64,000 nt of DNA. Origin: an uncultured Gemmatimonadales bacterium (GTDB lineage: Bacteria; Gemmatimonadota; Gemmatimonadetes; Longimicrobiales; RSA9). Below are positions 20,679 through 30,086 of the stretch, in pieces; position 1 is the first letter of the stretch, and each line of letters begins with the position of its first letter. The notes under the pieces are model-generated. The model worked only from the letters and a program-made list of their open reading frames with translations. It was not told where the DNA came from and ran no database searches. The translations under genes were made by a program, and so were the position numbers. The stretch is from positions 256,001 through 320,000 of the forward strand of contig CAWCUS010000001.1 of assembly GCA_963798845.1 (NCBI GenBank), written 5' to 3'.

Positions 20679-21137
20679 ATGACTTCCCGAGAACGATCCG
20701 ACGACACGGCGGCGGAGCGCATCGAGACGCGCCTGGACCGCCTTGCCACCGATGCCGCCCGCATCGGCGCCGGGCAGGAGCAGCGGCGTGAGCAGCTCAT
20801 CGAGCGCGCCGAAGGCCGCGGTCTCGATCGAGCCACTGCCGAGCAGGCCTACGACGTGGCGAAGGAGGTGGGCCTCGAGCCCGCGTTCGCAATGGCGCTC
20901 GTCATCGAGCGGGTGAGCGTGCGTCCGCTCGACCGAAGCGGCGCCGATGTCCGCGCTACCGAGTCCACCGAGCCGGAGTGGGTGGATACGCCGCCGGACC
21001 CCGCGCAGGCGGCGCGTGAGAGGCGGCTGCGTCAGACGTTCCGGCGGATGCGCGCGTTCCTCGATCGCGAGCCCTCGCCTTCCCGCGCCGTGCGGGCGTT
21101 CGCCCGGGAGCCGGACCTCGAGGAGTACGACTACTGA
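20679..21137 (+). CDS. Hypothetical protein, 152 aa
   Basis: ATG-started ORF with protein-like composition filling the gap between genes. Confidence 0.7.
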   Translation: MTSRERSDDTAAERIETRLDRLATDAARIGAGQEQRREQLIERAEGRGLDRATAEQAYDVAKEVGLEPAFAMALVIERVSVRPLDRSGADVRATESTEPEWVDTPPDPAQAARERRLRQTFRRMRAFLDREPSPSRAVRAFAREPDLEEYDY

Positions 21138-21601
21138 GGCAGCTCCAGGAGCTGCACTTCCGCTGTAGTCCCCAGGTGGAGCACGGCGACGGAGGGCGGG
21201 ATTCCGAAGCGCGCAGCGCCGGCCGAGCCGGGGTTCACCACCAGGACGCCCTCGCCGTCGTCCACCAGCGGCCGGTGTGTGTGCCCGTACACGATGACGT
21301 CCGCCTCGGGATGCGCCGCCCGCAGCGACCCCGGACGGGGCGACCCCAGCTGGTGGCCGTGGATCACGACGACTTCGCGGCCATCCAGCTCCAGCTGCGC
21401 CACTTCCCGGACTCGTTCGCGGACATCGAAGCGGTCGGTGTTCCCCCAAACGGCCGTGACCGGCGCGATCGCTTCCAGATCCGTCAGGATTCCCAGCGGC
21501 CCAATGTCTCCCGCGTGCAGGATGCGGTCGACGCCTTCGAAAAGCGTGAACACCTCGTTGCGCAGACGGCCGTGCGTATCGCTGATCAACCCGATCCTCA
21601 T
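21131..21601 (-). CDS. YfcE/MJ0936-like metallophosphoesterase
   Basis: SDTHG, HAGD, GNTD, HGH, GHTH and NPGS motifs. Confidence 0.9.
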   Translation of the reverse strand: MRIGLISDTHGRLRNEVFTLFEGVDRILHAGDIGPLGILTDLEAIAPVTAVWGNTDRFDVRERVREVAQLELDGREVVVIHGHQLGSPRPGSLRAAHPEADVIVYGHTHRPLVDDGEGVLVVNPGSAGAARFGIPPSVAVLHLGTTAEVQLLELPQ

Positions 21602-21616
21602 CCCTCCCCCTCCAGC

Positions 21617-22654
21617 TCAGCGCCACCTGAAGACGGCGAGGGACAGCACGAAGCTGGCCACGCCCCACGCCGCCAGGACGGACAGCGCCGCCCAGACCGC
21701 CGATAGCGGGAGCGCCTCGTTCATCACTGCTCTCGCCGCGTCGTTGAACGCGGTCAGCGGCAGCGCACGTATGAACGGCTGCACCGCGTCCGGAAAGACC
21801 TTGTAGGAGAAGAACACGCCCGAGAGCATCCACATGGGGAAGGAGGCAGCGTTCATGATGCCGGAGACTCCTTCCGTGGTGCGGGCGCGGCTCGCTATGA
21901 GCAGCCCGAACGAAGTGAACGTGAACGCCCCGAGCACGGCGATGAACACCAAGGCGGCGAGGGAGCCCCGCACCTCCACGCCGAAGGCGAGGTAGGCGAA
22001 CGCCAGGATGACCACCAGCTCGGCGAACAGGAAGAGCAGGCGGCCGAAGAAGAACGAGGCCAGGAACTCCGCACGGTTCATGGGCGTTGCCATGAGCCGC
22101 TTCATGAGCTGCTCCTTGCGCATCTGCACGATCGTGAAGCCGACCCCCCAGAGACCGGTGCTGAGCAGGTTTAGGCCGATGAGCCCGGGGATCAGCCAGT
22201 CGATATAGCGCGATCCTCGCTCGCGCACCGGCTGGTCCTTCGACGGTACCAGGTCCGCCCTCCCCGCCGCGCGCTCCAGCGCGTCGTCCACCTTGAGCCG
22301 CGCGACCTCCGATTCGGGGCGGGCCGGATCGTAGCGGTAGACGGCGACGGGCCCGCGACCGTCCACCACCACCGCCACCTCCCCTCGACGCAGCAGCCCC
22401 GCCGCGGAGTCCTGGTCCACAACCTGGACGGAGATCCCCTGGGCGCGCTGGAGCTGCTCGGCGACGGCTCCGCTCCCGACCACGACCGCCACCCGCACCG
22501 GCTTCGGACCGGAATCCCGGAACGCGATGCCGAGGGCGAGGGCGAGGAGGACCGGGAACATGAACGTCCAGAAGACGGCCTCCGGCTCGCGGATCAGCTC
22601 ACGGATGCGGACCAGCGTCAGCTGCACCAGCGCGCGCTCTCTCCAGCTACGCAT
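21617..22654 (-). CDS. ABC-2 type exporter permease
   Basis: One TM helix, an extracytoplasmic loop, then about five TM helices; LSGVFF and LPLT motifs. Confidence 0.9.
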   Translation of the reverse strand: MRSWRERALVQLTLVRIRELIREPEAVFWTFMFPVLLALALGIAFRDSGPKPVRVAVVVGSGAVAEQLQRAQGISVQVVDQDSAAGLLRRGEVAVVVDGRGPVAVYRYDPARPESEVARLKVDDALERAAGRADLVPSKDQPVRERGSRYIDWLIPGLIGLNLLSTGLWGVGFTIVQMRKEQLMKRLMATPMNRAEFLASFFFGRLLFLFAELVVILAFAYLAFGVEVRGSLAALVFIAVLGAFTFTSFGLLIASRARTTEGVSGIMNAASFPMWMLSGVFFSYKVFPDAVQPFIRALPLTAFNDAARAVMNEALPLSAVWAALSVLAAWGVASFVLSLAVFRWR

Positions 22655-23603
22655 CCCGCAAGCTCCTTCCCGTGAGCTCGATGAACACGTCCTCCAGGGT
22701 TGCGCTGTGAGTCCTCAGATCGGACAGCTCCGCCCCCTGCCGCGCCAGCTCGGTCAGCACCGCCGGCAGCGCCTCGTGGACTTCGGTGACCGTGACCGCG
22801 ATCACGCCCCTCCTCGTCGTGGCTGCGGTCACCCCCGGCAGCCGCCCCAGGGCCGCGAGCTCCAGCGTCGCGCCTGGCGCGAGCGTTAGCTCCACCACGT
22901 GCTGGGCGCCGAGCCTCGCCACCAGCTCCGCCGGCGTCCCCAGAGCGATGATGCGCCCGCGGTCCATGATCCCCACGCGTTGGCTGAGCCGGGCCGCCTC
23001 CTCCATGTAGTGCGTGGTCAGCAGCACCGTGCCCCCGCCCGCGAGAAACGCCTCGACCACGTCCCACAGGGCCCGCCGCGACTGCGGGTCCAGCCCCGTG
23101 GTGGGCTCGTCGAGGAAGAGCAGCTCGGGCCGGCCGACCAGTGCGCACGCCACCGCCAGGCGCTGCCGCTGTCCGCCCGAGAGGTCACGGACGCGGGCAC
23201 CGCGCTTGGAACCGAGCTGAACCACCTCGATCAGCTCGTCCACGCTCCGTCCCTCGCGGAAGAAGCTCCGGAAGAGCCGCAGCGTCTCGGCCACCGTGAG
23301 ACGCTCGGGGAGCCGGGTCTCCTGAAGCGCCACGCCGATCCGGTAGCGGAGCTCGGTCGCATGACCCGCCCACCCCGCGCCCATCACCGAAACTTCTCCC
23401 TCGTCCGGCTGGAGCAGCCCTTCCAGGATCTCCACGGTCGTGGTCTTCCCGGCGCCGTTCGGCCCGAGAAGCCCGAAGCACTCGCCCCGCCCCACCTCCA
23501 GGTCCACACCGTCCACGGCCACCACGTCCGCGTACCGCTTCCGCAGCCCGCGGCAGCGGACCGCCCAGAGCCCGCCTGTTCCAGCCTCCTCGCTCGCCAT
23601 CAT
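22647..23603 (-). CDS. ABC exporter ATP-binding protein
   Basis: GPNGAGKTT, LSGGQ, LDEPTTGLD and TTHYMEE motifs. Confidence 0.93.
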   Translation of the reverse strand: MMASEEAGTGGLWAVRCRGLRKRYADVVAVDGVDLEVGRGECFGLLGPNGAGKTTTVEILEGLLQPDEGEVSVMGAGWAGHATELRYRIGVALQETRLPERLTVAETLRLFRSFFREGRSVDELIEVVQLGSKRGARVRDLSGGQRQRLAVACALVGRPELLFLDEPTTGLDPQSRRALWDVVEAFLAGGGTVLLTTHYMEEAARLSQRVGIMDRGRIIALGTPAELVARLGAQHVVELTLAPGATLELAALGRLPGVTAATTRRGVIAVTVTEVHEALPAVLTELARQGAELSDLRTHSATLEDVFIELTGRSLRDA

Positions 23604-23926
23604 CCTCCCTTCCAGCGTCGTGATGCGCGGTCCGCATGTTGCACTCCCGGCTTCCCGGATGCCAGACCGACCGCCCACGGAGAGGGCGCACCGGGACCGA
23701 TCGGCCCCCGTCCGGGAGCTGCGGCACCGGAGCTGGCGATGCCCTTCTTCCCGACCCTCCGGCTTCGCCCGACGCCGCGGCTGTGAGCACCGCGAAGCGC
23801 TCCAACCCCCTGCCCTGAGCGGGCGAGCGGCGCGTCCGTCGCGCAAGTCCGTATTCCCGCGTAGAATAGACCGTTCTTCCGCGGACGACGATTCTGCTGC
23901 GACCAGCCGCATCGCACCGTGTTCCG

Positions 23927-23953
23927 CGAAACTCGTCCGGCGACGCGGCCGTA
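23927..23953 (+). promoter_or_regulatory. Candidate autoregulatory ECF promoter
   Basis: CGAAAC-17bp-CGTA upstream of the ECF sigma gene. Confidence 0.6.
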
Positions 23954-23989
23954 CCGTCCACCGGGCCCGGACCCGCTCAACCGCGGTAG

Positions 23990-24583
23990 ATGGTGGATTA
24001 CGCGCAACTCAGCGACCAGGACGTGATCGAGCGCGCCCGAAACGGGCGCGAATCGGCGTTCAGGGAGTTGATCCGTCGCTACGAGCGCCCAGTCTTCAGC
24101 ATCATCTTCCGAATGGTCCGGGACCGGGAGCTCTCCGAGGACCTGGCGCAGGACACGTTCATCAAAGTGCTGAACGCGCTCGATCGTTACGACCCGGCCT
24201 ACAAGTTCAGCTCGTGGATCTTCAAGATCGCGCACAACACCACCATCGATCACATCCGCAAGAAGACGCCCGACACCCTTTCGCTCGAGGGGTCGCCCCA
24301 CGCCACGACTCCGGATCAGATGGAGGCCACGTCCTTCACCGCGGTGGACCATGCGGAAGATCCCGAGCAGTACGCGCAGAGCCAGGAGGTGGGCGCCGAG
24401 ATCGAGGCGGCGATCGCGGAGCTCCGCCCCGAGTACCGGGAAGCGATCCTGCTCTGGCACATGGAAGGGCGCCCATACGATGAGATCGCCGAGATCATGG
24501 ACCTGCCGCTGGGCACTGTCAAAACCTATATCCACCGTGGTCGCAACGAGTTGCGGAAGAAACTCGAGCATCTTCGGTCGTGA
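23990..24583 (+). CDS. ECF sigma factor (SigW/RpoE-like)
   Basis: EDLAQDTFIK, FSSWIFKIAHN and YDEIAEIMDLPLGTVKTYIHRGR (regions 2 and 4). Confidence 0.95.
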   Translation: MVDYAQLSDQDVIERARNGRESAFRELIRRYERPVFSIIFRMVRDRELSEDLAQDTFIKVLNALDRYDPAYKFSSWIFKIAHNTTIDHIRKKTPDTLSLEGSPHATTPDQMEATSFTAVDHAEDPEQYAQSQEVGAEIEAAIAELRPEYREAILLWHMEGRPYDEIAEIMDLPLGTVKTYIHRGRNELRKKLEHLRS

Positions 24584-24607
24584 AACTCTCGGACGCGGCA
24601 TTCCGTA
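24581..24607 (+). promoter_or_regulatory. Candidate internal ECF promoter overlapping the sigma gene stop codon
   Basis: TGAAAC-17bp-CGTA, in which TGA is the stop codon. Confidence 0.65.
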
Positions 24608-24644
24608 GGGAAATCCGGAGACGAGAAGTCATGGAGAAGAGAGC

Positions 24645-25289
24645 GTGACGGAGAACCTGAATCACCCGGAGCCCGAGCGGCTCGAAGCCTACGTCGAGGA
24701 GAGTCTCGACGCGGGCGAGCGCGCGGTTCTGGACGCGCACGTGAGTGCGTGCGGCCGGTGCACCGCCGAGGTGGACGAGCTGCGCTCGCTGTTCGCGGCG
24801 CTCCAGGCGCTCCCGGAGCTGGCACCCTCCGCCGGATTCGCCAATGCGGTCATGACGAGGGTCCAGGTCCGGCACCCGGTCCTGGCCCGCGCAAGCGCCT
24901 GGGCGGAGCGCCTGACGCCTCGAACCACGCGAGCCTGGGCGGCCGCAAGCGCCGTGTTCTCGCTGCCTCTGCTCGGCGCGTCGCTCCTGGTGCTGTGGCT
25001 CATGTCCCAGCCCGGCGTGAGCGCGCAGGGGCTGTGGACGGTGAGCACCGGTCTGGTGGCGAGCGCGGCTTCCAGCGCGTGGCAGTGGACCTGGATCCGC
25101 ATCGCCGGGTCGGGACTCGCGGCCACCGCCGTCGAGCTGTTCCAGCTCGTCGCCGCCACCGGGCGCGGTGAGATCAGCCTGGCGGTCGTGATGTTCGCCA
25201 CCCTGACCGCCGGCTCCGTCTATGTCCTGTATCAGAACCTGTTCCGCAACCGTCCGCGGAGAGACCAACATGCGTCGTTCGTTTTCTGA
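24645..25289 (+). CDS. Zinc-binding (HxxxCxxC) membrane anti-sigma factor
   Basis: HVSACGRC ZAS motif followed by hydrophobic helices; directly downstream of the ECF gene. Confidence 0.88.
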   Translation: MTENLNHPEPERLEAYVEESLDAGERAVLDAHVSACGRCTAEVDELRSLFAALQALPELAPSAGFANAVMTRVQVRHPVLARASAWAERLTPRTTRAWAAASAVFSLPLLGASLLVLWLMSQPGVSAQGLWTVSTGLVASAASSAWQWTWIRIAGSGLAATAVELFQLVAATGRGEISLAVVMFATLTAGSVYVLYQNLFRNRPRRDQHASFVF

Positions 25290-26649
25290 ACCGTTGATTC
25301 CTGCCCTGCTGGGGGCGGCCCTGATGGCCTCGCCCGCAAGGGCACAGGCGCCGGACAGCCCCGGGCCGGTCCTGGCTTCGAGCAACATTTCGGTCTCGCG
25401 TGAATCGGCCCAGCTGCGGCTCGAGCTCGAGGGCGGACGCGAGGTGGTCCTCGAGCTCGCCCCGGATGGCGCGGTCCGGATGAACGGCGAGCGCGTCGGC
25501 AGCTACGAGCGGCACGACGCCCTCGACCAGTCATGGCGCGACCTGCTCCAGAAGGCGATGGAAGCGCCTTCGGGGACGATCCCGCAGCTGCTGGTCTCCT
25601 GGACTGCGCCAGCGGAGTCCGGAGGGGTGGGGCGCCGCCTGGACCACGAGCTCGAGAGCGCGCTCGACGCCGCCGCTCCTTCCCAGCCGGCACCCGCCGG
25701 CGCGGAAGCGGAGGCAGAGGGCGCGGCCGCAGGCGGCGCGGCGCAAGCCCCCGCCGAAGGTGCGGCGGCGGACGCACGAGCTCCCGCCGCGCCCGCGGAC
25801 GCGGAGGACAGTATCCGGCACCTGAACGAGCAGCTGCAGGAGCTCCAGCGGGTGCTGGAGAATCCGAACGCGGCGGACCGGCGGCTGGACGAGCTGCAGA
25901 ATCTGGATATCCCGGCGCTGAAGAACCTGCGTCGGGACCTGGAGGTCCAGATCCGTGAGCAGGTTCGTTCCGAGATGCGGTCGGACATGGGGCCGGACCA
26001 TGACTGGACGGAGTACTGGACCTCGCCATGGCGGCGGATCACACGTGGCATCGGCGCGATCTTCTCCACCCTGATGGTCTACGCGATCATGGTGGGCATG
26101 GGCTTCCTCACTGTCTTCTTCGGGCGCAAATACCTGGAAACGATCGCGGACACGGCGCGCACCCAGACGCTGAGGTCCGGTCTGGTCGGTCTGGCCGGAT
26201 CCTTCCTCGTCCTGCCGGCCTACGTCCTCGGGCTGCTGGTCCTCGCCGTCTCCATCGTCGGGATCCCGCTCCTCCTGGTATACGCGCCCCTGTTCCCCGT
26301 GGCCGTGGTGCTCGCCGTCATGGGCGGCTACCTGGCCGTGGCGCACGCGGCCGGTGAAGCGCTGGCGGAGCGGCGGTTCAGGGGGACCGAATGGTTCACG
26401 CGCGCCAACTCCTACTACTACATCATCACCGGCGTGGGGCTGTTGCTGGTCCTCTTCCTCGCGGCCCACATCGTCAGCATGGCGGGCCCCTGGCTCGGGT
26501 TCCTGGAAGGGCTCCTGAAGTTCATGGCGATCATGCTCACATGGGCCGCCTTCACCGTAGGCTTCGGCGCTTTCCTGATCTCCCGGGGCGGCACCCGTCC
26601 CGGAACTGGAGGCACGGCATCGCGACTCGAGGAGGAGCCCCATGTCTGA
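25270..26649 (+). CDS. Membrane protein: signal peptide, Ala/Pro linker, coiled coil, multi-TM C-terminus
   Basis: AxA signal site and several C-terminal hydrophobic segments; overlaps both neighbours. Confidence 0.75.
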   Translation: MRRSFSEPLIPALLGAALMASPARAQAPDSPGPVLASSNISVSRESAQLRLELEGGREVVLELAPDGAVRMNGERVGSYERHDALDQSWRDLLQKAMEAPSGTIPQLLVSWTAPAESGGVGRRLDHELESALDAAAPSQPAPAGAEAEAEGAAAGGAAQAPAEGAAADARAPAAPADAEDSIRHLNEQLQELQRVLENPNAADRRLDELQNLDIPALKNLRRDLEVQIREQVRSEMRSDMGPDHDWTEYWTSPWRRITRGIGAIFSTLMVYAIMVGMGFLTVFFGRKYLETIADTARTQTLRSGLVGLAGSFLVLPAYVLGLLVLAVSIVGIPLLLVYAPLFPVAVVLAVMGGYLAVAHAAGEALAERRFRGTEWFTRANSYYYIITGVGLLLVLFLAAHIVSMAGPWLGFLEGLLKFMAIMLTWAAFTVGFGAFLISRGGTRPGTGGTASRLEEEPHV

Positions 26650-27517
26650 CCGGAGCCTCATGAGCGGGGTCCTGGCACTGGGCGCGGCCGTTGCCCTGAT
26701 GGGCGCCCCGGCATCGCTCCGCGCCCAGGATTGGCGGACCGTGTCCTCGGTCCGTGCGCGCGGGAGCGAGTCGGCCCTGGCCGTGAAGGTGCAGTACGGC
26801 GCCGGGAAGCTCGGCATCCAACCGACCGGCGGCGGCGAGCTGTACCGCGTGGATATCCGCTACGACTCGGAGCTGTTCGATCCTGTCACCGACTACAAGG
26901 CAGGGAACCTCGAAGTGGGGGTGGAGGGCACCGGTCACGGTGTGAGGCTGAAGAACCACAGGGGTGGAGAGATGAAGCTCGGCCTCTCGCCGGACATCCC
27001 GCTGGACCTGAACCTCGATTTCGGGGCGGTGGAGGCGAACCTGGACCTGGGTGGGCTGCGCGTCCAGGCCGTGGACATCGAGACGGGGGCGAGCGATACG
27101 GAGCTCGTCTTCTCGAGGCCGAACCCGATCGACTGCACCACGCTGTCCATCTCCGTGGGCGCGGCGGCGTTCAGCGCCGTGGGGCTGGCCAACTCGCGCT
27201 GTCAGAACCTGGATGTCGAGGGTGGCGTCGGTGACGTCAAGCTCGACTTCACGGGCGACTGGGATCGCGACATGGCCGCCGACGTGACGCTCGCCCTCGG
27301 CTCCATGACGCTCGTGGTTCCCGAGGACATAGGAGTCCAGGTCGAGAAGGACACGTTCCTCACCGGCTTCGACAGCAACGGGTTCACCAAGCTGAACGGA
27401 ATGTACCGGTCGCAGAACTGGGAAGTCGCGCGTCGACACCTGGTGGTCAAGCTGGAAGGGGCTTTCGGTTCGGTGGACGTTCGCTGGGCCGGCGCCACGC
27501 TCGGAAGCACGCCCTGA
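26642..27517 (+). CDS. Exported beta-repeat protein (LiaF/DUF2154 or toast-rack-like)
   Basis: Signal peptide; repeated LDFGAVEANLDL, IETGASD, VEGGVGDVKLDF and LALGSMTLVVP units. Confidence 0.7.
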   Translation: MSDRSLMSGVLALGAAVALMGAPASLRAQDWRTVSSVRARGSESALAVKVQYGAGKLGIQPTGGGELYRVDIRYDSELFDPVTDYKAGNLEVGVEGTGHGVRLKNHRGGEMKLGLSPDIPLDLNLDFGAVEANLDLGGLRVQAVDIETGASDTELVFSRPNPIDCTTLSISVGAAAFSAVGLANSRCQNLDVEGGVGDVKLDFTGDWDRDMAADVTLALGSMTLVVPEDIGVQVEKDTFLTGFDSNGFTKLNGMYRSQNWEVARRHLVVKLEGAFGSVDVRWAGATLGSTP

Positions 27518-27553
27518 CGGCGGAGCCGGATCGAAGAAAGAGAAGGAGGAAGC

Positions 27554-27781
27554 ATGCTGTCGACCGTGTTGTCGTTCCTGATCGTGGGGATCATCGCCAT
27601 CGTCGTGATCGGGGTCGTGCTGGCCGTTGTGGGCGCGGTTCTCGGTCTGGCCTTCACGCTGGTGGGATTCCTGCTCTTCAAGGTGGCCCCGCTGCTCCTG
27701 GTGGGCTACGTGGTCTTCCGCCTGTTCTCGCGGCGCAAGCCGCGGCTGTCGAAAGCGGACCGGGAGTGGCTGGAGAGCTGA
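27554..27781 (+). CDS. Small hydrophobic membrane protein
   Basis: Strong RBS AGGAGG; long hydrophobic N-terminal region and a basic tail. Confidence 0.8.
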   Translation: MLSTVLSFLIVGIIAIVVIGVVLAVVGAVLGLAFTLVGFLLFKVAPLLLVGYVVFRLFSRRKPRLSKADREWLES

Positions 27782-27787
27782 TCGTCT

Positions 27788-28567
27788 TCAGTCGTCGCCC
27801 GGAAAGACGGTGACCCGCGCGCCGCGGCCGGCCTCGAGCTGGTCCGCGGCGCTGCCGTTCCGGACCGAGATCTCCAGCAGATCGATCGACCCGACCAGTG
27901 CCACCAGCTCACCGTGCGCCACATCGCCGTAGGTCTTCCGCACCGGACCCGCGTCGCGGCCTTCCACGCGCACCCGCGCGCCGGCTCGCAGCCAGCCGGC
28001 AGGGATGTCGGTGACCAGGTTGCCGAACCGGTCGGCGTGGATCACCTCGCCCGTCACTCGATCGCCGTCGCGTCGGGGCTCGGGCACGGCGAGGAGGACG
28101 GGGTCGTGGACGGGCGGACCCAGCGTCTCGAGACGCTCGCCACGCGCCAGCCGCGCCGCTGCGGGGGCGAAGACGTCGCGGCCGTGGAAGGTCGTCGAGA
28201 TCTCGCCGGCGGGTCCGCGTCCGGGCGTGGGCAGCTCCACCAGCAGGGCCCGAACGGCGCCGCGCAGCATGAAAGTGAGCGCGCCATTGTCGGGTGCGAC
28301 GTAGCGTCGGCCGTCCACGCTGGCGGCGACAGCCCGTCGCTCGGATCCCACGCCGGGGTCCACCACGATGACGTGGATCGTGCCCTCGGGGTACAGGCGC
28401 GCGTAGCGAGAAAGGGCCAGGGCGGCGCCAAAGATGTCGCCCTGGGCAAGATCGTGCGAGGCCGTCTCGACCACGACGTCCGGCGCCGCCGCGACGATCA
28501 CGCCGGCCACGGCCGCGGCGTACCCGTCGCGGGTGCCGAAGTCGGTGAGGAGCGTGACACGGGTCAT
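27788..28567 (-). CDS. SAM hydroxide adenosyltransferase (DUF62, chlorinase/fluorinase family)
   Basis: LLTDFG, VVDPGVG, PDNG, TFHGRDVFAP and DRFGN motifs. Confidence 0.9.
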   Translation of the reverse strand: MTRVTLLTDFGTRDGYAAAVAGVIVAAAPDVVVETASHDLAQGDIFGAALALSRYARLYPEGTIHVIVVDPGVGSERRAVAASVDGRRYVAPDNGALTFMLRGAVRALLVELPTPGRGPAGEISTTFHGRDVFAPAAARLARGERLETLGPPVHDPVLLAVPEPRRDGDRVTGEVIHADRFGNLVTDIPAGWLRAGARVRVEGRDAGPVRKTYGDVAHGELVALVGSIDLLEISVRNGSAADQLEAGRGARVTVFPGDD

Positions 28568-28581
28568 GCGTCGCGGCCGAG

Positions 28582-29691
28582 TCAGACGCCGATCCCCTGC
28601 TCCACCGATTCGAGAACCCGCGCCGCGATGGCGTAGAAGGCCTGCCCGGCCGGCGAGTCGGGTGCTGAGATGGCCGTGGGCTGCCCGGCGTCGCCTGCGC
28701 TCCGGACGGCGATGTCCAGCGGGACCTCTCCGAGGAACGGGACATCCAGCTCCTTGGCCAGGGCGCGGCCGCCGCCAGTCCCGAAGATGTCGTGGCGCTC
28801 ACCACAGCTCGGGCAGACGAAGCCGCTCATGTTCTCCACCATCCCGAGGATGTCGGTGTTGACGCGCTCGAACATGCGGACCGCCCGGCGGACATCGGCG
28901 GTGGACACGTCCTGCGGGGTGGTGACCATGACGGCACCGTCGAGCTCGATGGTCTGGGCGAGCGAGAGCTGGGCGTCGCCGGTGCCGGGCGGGAGATCCA
29001 CGACCATGAGGTCGAGCTCGCCCCAGTCCACCTGCTCCAGGAACTGCTTCAGGATCCCGGAAATCAGCGGCCCGCGCATGATGGCGGGCTGATCCGCCTC
29101 CAGGAGGAACCCCAGGCTCATCAGCTTCACGCCGTGCGCCTCCAGCGGGACGATCCGCTCCGAACCACGCTCGCCCGTGACGCGGGGACGGCGCGTCTCG
29201 CCGAACATCTGCGGGATGTTGGGGCCGTAGATGTCCGCGTCCAGCAGTCCGACCCTCTTCCCCTGCGCCGCGAACGCGACGGCCAGGTTGGCGGCCACCG
29301 TGGACTTCCCCACGCCGCCTTTTCCGGAGCTGACGGCGACGAAGTGACCGACGCCGGGGATGAGCCCCGCCTGGGGCGTGGGGGCAGGAACCGAGTGCGG
29401 CGCCTTCTGCCGCCGGGGTGCGTGCCTGGACTGCTGCGCCTGCGCCTGCATGGTCTGGGGGAGCCGCACGTCGATCTTCACGCGCTCGACTCCCTCCACC
29501 GCTTCCACGGCCGCGCGTGTATCGCGGACGAGCGTGCCCGGGTCGCCGGGACCGAGGGCGAAGCCGAAGGCGACGACGCCGTCCTCGATCGAAAGCTCCT
29601 CCACCTGCGACTCGAGCACGGGCGCGCCCGTCCCGGGATTGGTTACCTGACTGAGAGCCGCCCGGACCCTCGCTTCCAGTTCACCTGCCAT
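28582..29691 (-). CDS. mrp: Mrp/NBP35 (ApbC) Fe-S cluster carrier ATPase with N-terminal DUF59-like domain
   Basis: GKGGVGKST, DADIYGP, DLPPGTGD and ENMS..CPSC motifs. Confidence 0.93.
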   Translation of the reverse strand: MAGELEARVRAALSQVTNPGTGAPVLESQVEELSIEDGVVAFGFALGPGDPGTLVRDTRAAVEAVEGVERVKIDVRLPQTMQAQAQQSRHAPRRQKAPHSVPAPTPQAGLIPGVGHFVAVSSGKGGVGKSTVAANLAVAFAAQGKRVGLLDADIYGPNIPQMFGETRRPRVTGERGSERIVPLEAHGVKLMSLGFLLEADQPAIMRGPLISGILKQFLEQVDWGELDLMVVDLPPGTGDAQLSLAQTIELDGAVMVTTPQDVSTADVRRAVRMFERVNTDILGMVENMSGFVCPSCGERHDIFGTGGGRALAKELDVPFLGEVPLDIAVRSAGDAGQPTAISAPDSPAGQAFYAIAARVLESVEQGIGV

Positions 29692-29781
29692 GGTGATGCC
29701 TCACGATCTCATGAACGAGCGGCCGGCGCCCCGGTTGGGGGGGCCGGCCGTGGATGGTTGCTCTCTGTCCGGCAACGGCGC

Positions 29782-30012
29782 TCAGAATGCCTGGACCTCG
29801 CGCACCGCCGGCACGGCGGTGAGGATGCGCCGCTCGATGCCCTGGCGCAGCGTGATATCCGAGATCGGACACTCCCCGCATGCGCCCAGGAAGCGGAGCC
29901 GGAGCACGCCCGCGCCGGGGTCGAAGGCGACGAACTCCACGTCGCCCCCGTCGGACCACAAGGCGGGGCGGATGCCCTCCAGCACCTCGAGAATCTGGTC
30001 CTGCACCTTCAT
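29782..30012 (-). CDS. NifU/Nfu-like Fe-S scaffold domain protein
   Basis: IRPALWSDGGDV and GACGECPIS motifs. Confidence 0.88.
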   Translation of the reverse strand: MKVQDQILEVLEGIRPALWSDGGDVEFVAFDPGAGVLRLRFLGACGECPISDITLRQGIERRILTAVPAVREVQAF

Positions 30013-30086
30013 CGCCGCTCCTCGTGCACCCCGGGCGGCCGTTCGCCGCCACGGGGGATGCTACCCGCCAGGGCGCTGGAGTTTCC

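Noticed and set aside
27788..28567. Fluorinase or chlorinase implying halometabolite synthesis
   Set aside because: The TFHGRD motif and housekeeping context fit the common DUF62 hydrolase, and no biosynthetic cluster is nearby.
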